DNA of 64,000 bases from an uncultured Bacilli bacterium (GTDB lineage Bacteria > Bacillota_I > Bacilli_A > RF39 > UBA660), in contig CAJTWC010000003.1 of NCBI GenBank assembly GCA_910580185.1, forward strand, positions 103,093-167,092. Direction: 5' to 3'. The notes beneath the pieces were generated by a model. The model made no database searches. It was not told the origin of the DNA and worked only from the letters and a program-made list of their open reading frames with translations. A program made the position numbers and the translations under genes. Shown here piece after piece: positions 59,675-64,000 of the stretch; the first letter of the stretch is position 1, and each line of letters starts with the position of its first letter.

Positions 59675-59895
59675 GTAAAAAGTCCATCCTAATTAAAGGA
59701 TGAACTTGTAAAGTCCACGGTACCACCTTTGTTCTAGATATTAATCTAGCACTCAAATCTCGTAACGTGAGATAACGTTTTAACCTAACAATTCAATTAA
59801 ACAGCTCCAGAACCATCTATATAGGTTTTGCTATGTATGCTTTCACCTAATCATACTCTCTTTTAATAGTTTTACCTATACTCTTTCCTTCATTG
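59675..59895 (-). promoter_or_regulatory. T-box riboswitch leader of the NUDIX-metG operon
   Basis: Minus strand CAAAGGTGGTACCGTGGACT T-box sequence overlapping terminator GTTCATCC-N8-GGATGGAC plus U run (59682..59706); AGAGAG box; AUG-A candidate Met specifier (unverified). Confidence 0.75.
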
Positions 59896-59904
59896 CTTTT
59901 AACA

Positions 59905-59935
59905 AGAAAATTATATCATATTAATTATAATAATT
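59905..59935 (-). promoter_or_regulatory. sigma-A-type promoter for the metG T-box leader
   Basis: Minus strand TTGAAT-N17-TATAAT. Confidence 0.4.
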
Positions 59936-59963
59936 CAAATATTTATTTTTAAAAAACCATCTA

Positions 59964-62294
59964 TTAAATAAACCAATTACTCTTCTTTTTTATTACTATG
60001 TTAAGTAAATTACTTAAAAGCTTAAATAATCTAGTTGATATATACATAAGTGGTAATAATATTAATAATGAATTAGGCGTTAACCACTCAAGAGAAAATA
60101 TACTTCTACCAATAGGGGTTAATATCATAACTAAGAATATTCCTGTTAATAATACTAAAAGTGATTTTCTAAGTAAATTAAGTGGTTTGCTTATCCTATA
60201 TATTAAAAGGATTGCTGTATACGCTGTTATTATTACTGCAATTGTTGAGGTTTGTTCATTTGGAATGTTAAGTAGACTTGCAACAAATACAAGTAATAAT
60301 ATGTTTACAACGGTAGTTATACCACTTGGAATAGCTTTACTAATTACGTTTATGAAAAATCTTCCTTTTACCCTTGATTTATTTGGTTCAAGTGCGAGTA
60401 TAAACGCAGGTATTCCAATTGTTAGACTATTAATTAACGTCATTTGTATTGGTATAAAAGGATATGTATAGTTAATAAATAAGAATAATAGCGCGAGTAA
60501 TGATGCATATATCGTCTTTGATAAGAATAGTGTAGCAGATCTTTCAACATTATTTATGGTTCTTCTTCCCTCTTTTACTATTTTTGGCATAGAATCAAAG
60601 TTTGAATCTAATAAAACTAATTCTGATACGTTTCTTGCAGCATCTGATCCATCATTCATTGCAACGCCACAATCTGATTCTTTAAGTGCTAAAACATCGT
60701 TTACACCATCTCCTGTCATTGCAACAACATGACCATTACTTTTAAGAGCACTTATAAGCATTCTTTTTTGTTCTGGTCTAACACGTCCAAAAACGGTATT
60801 TTCTTCAACTACTAAATTAAGGTCCGTTTCTTCAGTTATTTCTCTTGCATCAAATGCCCCAATAACATCTATTCCAACCGCGCGAGCAACATTAGACACG
60901 GTAGATACACTATCTCCTGATATGACTTTTATGTTAACGTCATTATCCATAAAATATCTAAGCGTATTGATAGCTTCTTTTCTTACCTTATCACGTATTA
61001 AGATAAGTGCCATTGGTATCATATTAAGGTTAAGTTTATTATCTTTTAAAGCTTCTGTTTTAACCAGTATTAAAACCCTATTTTCTTCTGATAATTCATC
61101 TATTTTCTTTTGATATTTTTTTATGTTATCACCAAGCACAAACTCAGGTGCACCCATTATATAAGATTCGTTTTTTAATGTTACACCGGAATACTTTCTA
61201 TCTGATGAGAATGGTATTTTTTTAAGTGCTTTTACGTTTGATTCATTACCATACTTATCATTTATTGCATTAAATGTTGGATTTTTATCATCAAGGTTAG
61301 TAGAAATTATTTCAAGAGCTTCATCTATTTCGTTAATGGTGTGATTATCAAGAGGAATAACGTCTATTACTTCCATCTTGCCTTCTGTTATAGTACCAGT
61401 CTTATCAAGGCACAAAGTATCTACTCTTGCAAGTGTTTCTAACGCATATAAATCTTGTACTAAAACATTATATTTAGAAAGTCTTAAAACACTTATCGCA
61501 AGCACCGTAGACACAAGTAATATAAGTCCTTCTGGTATCATACCTACTACTGCAGCAACTACCGTTACAACCGCATTTTGGGTAGTATTTCCGTCTATCG
61601 AAAACTGTCTTAATAAAAGTAATATTCCAATTGGAACTAATGCAATAGATACATATTTTACTATTTTATTCAAAGATTTCATTATCTCTGAATTAATTTC
61701 TTTTTTCATTTGCTTAGCATCATGAGAAATAATAGAAGTATAATTATCTAATCCAACATGGATAACCTTAGCTTTTACACTTCCGCTTACAATGAAACTA
61801 CCAGATAAAATGGTATCTCCTTCTTTTTTATATATGGTTTTAGCCTCACCTGTTATAAACGATTCATTAACCTCACACTCACCAAGTAATATTTTAGAAT
61901 CGGTTACAATTTGATTTCCAAGGTTATAGACTATAACGTCATCTAATACAATTTCATTTAAATTTACTTCTTTTTCTTTACCATCTCTTATGACCTTAGC
62001 TTTGGAGGCTGATATAACCGATAATTTATCTACTATTTTCTTTGCTCTTATTTCTTGAATCGTACTAATTAAAGTGTTACATATTACAACTCCTAAAAAC
62101 AATAAGTTTTTATATGATCCTACTATAATAATAGCAACTCCTAATATAACATTTATAAAATTAAATAAAGTAAATGTATTTTCTATTAATATCTGTTTAA
62201 CACTTTTACTAGGAGTCGTAGTATCATAGTTTACTTTTCCCTCTTTTATTCGTATGTTTACTTCACTACTAGATAATCCATTTATTTCTTTCAT
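59964..62294 (-). CDS. cation-transporting P-type ATPase (P2/P3-like, Ca2+/Mg2+ family)
   Basis: Phosphorylation motif DKTGTIT, hinge TGDGVNDVLALKESDCGVAM, roughly 10 TM segments; 776 aa. Confidence 0.85.
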   Translation of the reverse strand: MKEINGLSSSEVNIRIKEGKVNYDTTTPSKSVKQILIENTFTLFNFINVILGVAIIIVGSYKNLLFLGVVICNTLISTIQEIRAKKIVDKLSVISASKAKVIRDGKEKEVNLNEIVLDDVIVYNLGNQIVTDSKILLGECEVNESFITGEAKTIYKKEGDTILSGSFIVSGSVKAKVIHVGLDNYTSIISHDAKQMKKEINSEIMKSLNKIVKYVSIALVPIGILLLLRQFSIDGNTTQNAVVTVVAAVVGMIPEGLILLVSTVLAISVLRLSKYNVLVQDLYALETLARVDTLCLDKTGTITEGKMEVIDVIPLDNHTINEIDEALEIISTNLDDKNPTFNAINDKYGNESNVKALKKIPFSSDRKYSGVTLKNESYIMGAPEFVLGDNIKKYQKKIDELSEENRVLILVKTEALKDNKLNLNMIPMALILIRDKVRKEAINTLRYFMDNDVNIKVISGDSVSTVSNVARAVGIDVIGAFDAREITEETDLNLVVEENTVFGRVRPEQKRMLISALKSNGHVVAMTGDGVNDVLALKESDCGVAMNDGSDAARNVSELVLLDSNFDSMPKIVKEGRRTINNVERSATLFLSKTIYASLLALLFLFINYTYPFIPIQMTLINSLTIGIPAFILALEPNKSRVKGRFFINVISKAIPSGITTVVNILLLVFVASLLNIPNEQTSTIAVIITAYTAILLIYRISKPLNLLRKSLLVLLTGIFLVMILTPIGRSIFSLEWLTPNSLLILLPLMYISTRLFKLLSNLLNIVIKKKSNWFI

Positions 62295-62381
62295 AGTATC
62301 AATCTCTTTCTATTTTATATAAATTATTATACCACCATTTACATAATTTAAAAAATAGAAACAAAAAAAGACAATATGATT

Positions 62382-64000
62382 TTACATATTATCTTTCTTA
62401 TAAGTCAATTCTTCTTTTTTCTCATCTGTTATTCCAAACGCTTCATTTATTAAAGTATTCATAACTTCTTTTAATTCATGGGTGCCATTTTTAAAAACTT
62501 CTTCTATTTTATTTTTATCTATACCCGTAAAACTAGATATTTCAGAAATACTTTTATCTGGATAATTCATTTTTAAAAATAAAAGTTTATAATCCCTAGG
62601 ATCAATTTTTTTCATTACTTCTAAAAAATATGGCATATTAAATAATTCATATAATTTTAAATATTCTAAATTTTCGTCTATGTTTGGTTTGGCTTCTTGG
62701 GCGTTAACATTATTGATGCCAGTATCAGGTGTAGTTGCCTTAGAATTTTCTTTGTCAATAGGTATATCAACTGGCGTATCTAATTTTTTTGCCTTACTTT
62801 CATCAATATTTTCTTCTATCTTAGTTTTTGGAACTTGTTTTTTTCTTCCTCTTTTCCTTGGTGGAGATACAAGAAAATTTTTTATATTTCTTATAGCAAG
62901 CGAATAAGTTTGGTTTTCTCTTTCTGTAAAACCACCACGAACTTTTTCTCCCTTTTCTAAATCATTGTTCCATTTTCTTAACACCATTTCTTTTTGTGAT
63001 GCGCACAAAACATTATTTATTATTTCATCTACTCTTTCTTTTGGTGCATCAAACATAGCATAAAAAGCTTTTTCTTCTGTATTTTCCATTTTTTCTTCCT
63101 CCTTAATTTCTGCTTTTCTTAAATTTTCTTTAAATTTATTGCTATAACTACTACCTCTCCTTTCATTTATATCACTAACCTTTTTATTAGATTTTGGAAT
63201 TGTATGAGTACCTGTACTAATGAAACTTGATTCTTTAATTATGGCTGGTTTTGTTTCATCTTTTGCTTTTTCTTTATTCTTTTTATATTCGTTATATTGC
63301 TCTACTATTTTTTTACAAGTTTTATCTTCCTCTTTTAAAATAAGTCCCATATTATCAGCAAACCAAGAACCCATCGACGTATTATCTTCAAACTTAGGTT
63401 TTATCCTACTAGGATCAAATTTATTAAAATCTGCGCAAGCTGCAAAACTTAATAATTTTTCTTCATCTATCATTGGATTTTCACTAGATTCATATTTTCT
63501 TTGTTCTTTTATATATGCATTTCTTAATTTTCTTAACGCCTTACATTCAATTTGTCTTATTCTTTCTCTAGTGACATTATATATACTGCCTACTTCTTCT
63601 AATGTACGAGGAATACCATCCTTAATACCAAATCTTAAAAACAAAATATCTTTTTCTCTAGTAGTAATAGAAGTCTTTTTTATTATATTTTCTATAACAT
63701 CAATGGATAAATTTTCAAATACAGTCTCTTCAAGATTACTATTTTCATCAGCGACAAAGCTAAGTAATTCTGTATCTTCATCATCCCCAACGAACGTATT
63801 AAGGCTCGTAGTATTAGCATTCATATTTAAAATTAAAATTTCTTCTAACTTTTCAAGTGGCATTTCTATTTCATTAGCTAACTCTAAATTAGTAGGCTCT
63901 CTCCCTAATCTTTTATATAATATATTTTTAGCTTTCTTAATATCATTTAACTTTCCTTGCATATGAACAGGTATTCTAATAGTACCTTTAAAATCTTCAA
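62382..64000 (-). CDS. sigma-70-family (RpoD-like) paralog with a roughly 350-aa C-terminal extension; 5' end beyond the window
   Basis: In-window part begins in region 3 (TIRIPVHM, cf. sigA TIRVPVHM) and contains region 4 [41 protein letters not shown]. It then continues in frame for roughly 350 aa of K/E-rich sequence ending with a second region-4-like HTH (LLFLKMNYPDKSISEISSFTGIDKNKI). Confidence 0.65.
   Translation of the reverse strand, partial: EDFKGTIRIPVHMQGKLNDIKKAKNILYKRLGREPTNLELANEIEMPLEKLEEILILNMNANTTSLNTFVGDDEDTELLSFVADENSNLEETVFENLSIDVIENIIKKTSITTREKDILFLRFGIKDGIPRTLEEVGSIYNVTRERIRQIECKALRKLRNAYIKEQRKYESSENPMIDEEKLLSFAACADFNKFDPSRIKPKFEDNTSMGSWFADNMGLILKEEDKTCKKIVEQYNEYKKNKEKAKDETKPAIIKESSFISTGTHTIPKSNKKVSDINERRGSSYSNKFKENLRKAEIKEEEKMENTEEKAFYAMFDAPKERVDEIINNVLCASQKEMVLRKWNNDLEKGEKVRGGFTERENQTYSLAIRNIKNFLVSPPRKRGRKKQVPKTKIEENIDESKAKKLDTPVDIPIDKENSKATTPDTGINNVNAQEAKPNIDENLEYLKLYELFNMPYFLEVMKKIDPRDYKLLFLKMNYPDKSISEISSFTGIDKNKIEEVFKNGTHELKEVMNTLINEAFGITDEKKEELTYKKDNM

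Noticed and set aside
59998-60471. 157-aa plus-strand ORF (also 60922..61113 and 61378..61725)
   Set aside because: Antisense to the well-supported P-type ATPase gene; no RBS; hydrophobic low-complexity translation.
63220-63966. 248-aa plus-strand ORF
   Set aside because: Lies entirely antisense to the sigma-factor gene; translation is S/L/F low-complexity, typical of a shadow ORF in AT-rich DNA.
1-64000. CRISPR arrays, rRNA or tRNA genes, IS elements
   Set aside because: No spaced direct repeats, no tRNA-like cloverleaf candidates in intergenic regions, and no transposase-like ORFs or terminal inverted repeats detected.

Overview
A 64 kb, very AT-rich (about 25% GC by eye) chromosomal segment that reads with the standard genetic code and is almost entirely coding on the minus strand. 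Gene content and order resemble a low-GC Firmicute and are partly syntenic with Bacillus subtilis: trmK-sigA-dnaG; proS; HD-valS; lon; tig; greA-U32-U32-yrrM-yrzB-ruvX-yrzL-mltG-alaS; recD2; rsmE-mtaB; folA-thyA; murE; metG; a P-type ATPase. Three minus-strand T-box leaders (conserved AATTARGGTGGTACCRYGG-like box overlapping an intrinsic terminator) precede the HD-valS, dNMP-kinase-like-alaS and NUDIX-metG operons. Two accessory features stand out. (1) A type IV pilus/competence-pseudopilus locus (PilB/ComGA ATPase, PilC/GspF platform with a long N-terminal extension, prepilin peptidase) accompanied by several unusually large prepilin-type proteins: one fused to an M23 peptidase and two tandem Cys-rich paralogs of 585-672 aa. 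(2) A roughly 2.2 kb islet inserted between murE and metG that carries a retron (RT with NAxxH and VTG motifs, plus an upstream msr-msd ncRNA flanked by a1/a2 inverted repeats) immediately preceded by a ToxN/AbiQ-family (type III toxin-like endoribonuclease) gene. That gene has no recognisable ToxI direct-repeat array. I propose this as a possibly undescribed retron-ToxN defence module. Other notes: a frameshifted DUF1016/YhcG nuclease gene; an amidoligase-family gene plus a 29-aa hydrophobic peptide gene inserted into the conserved alaS-neighbourhood; a D1-only Clp-like AAA+ protein; a sigma-70 paralog with a long C-terminal extension; a poly-C11 tract in a divergent promoter region. No rRNA, tRNA or CRISPR arrays were seen.
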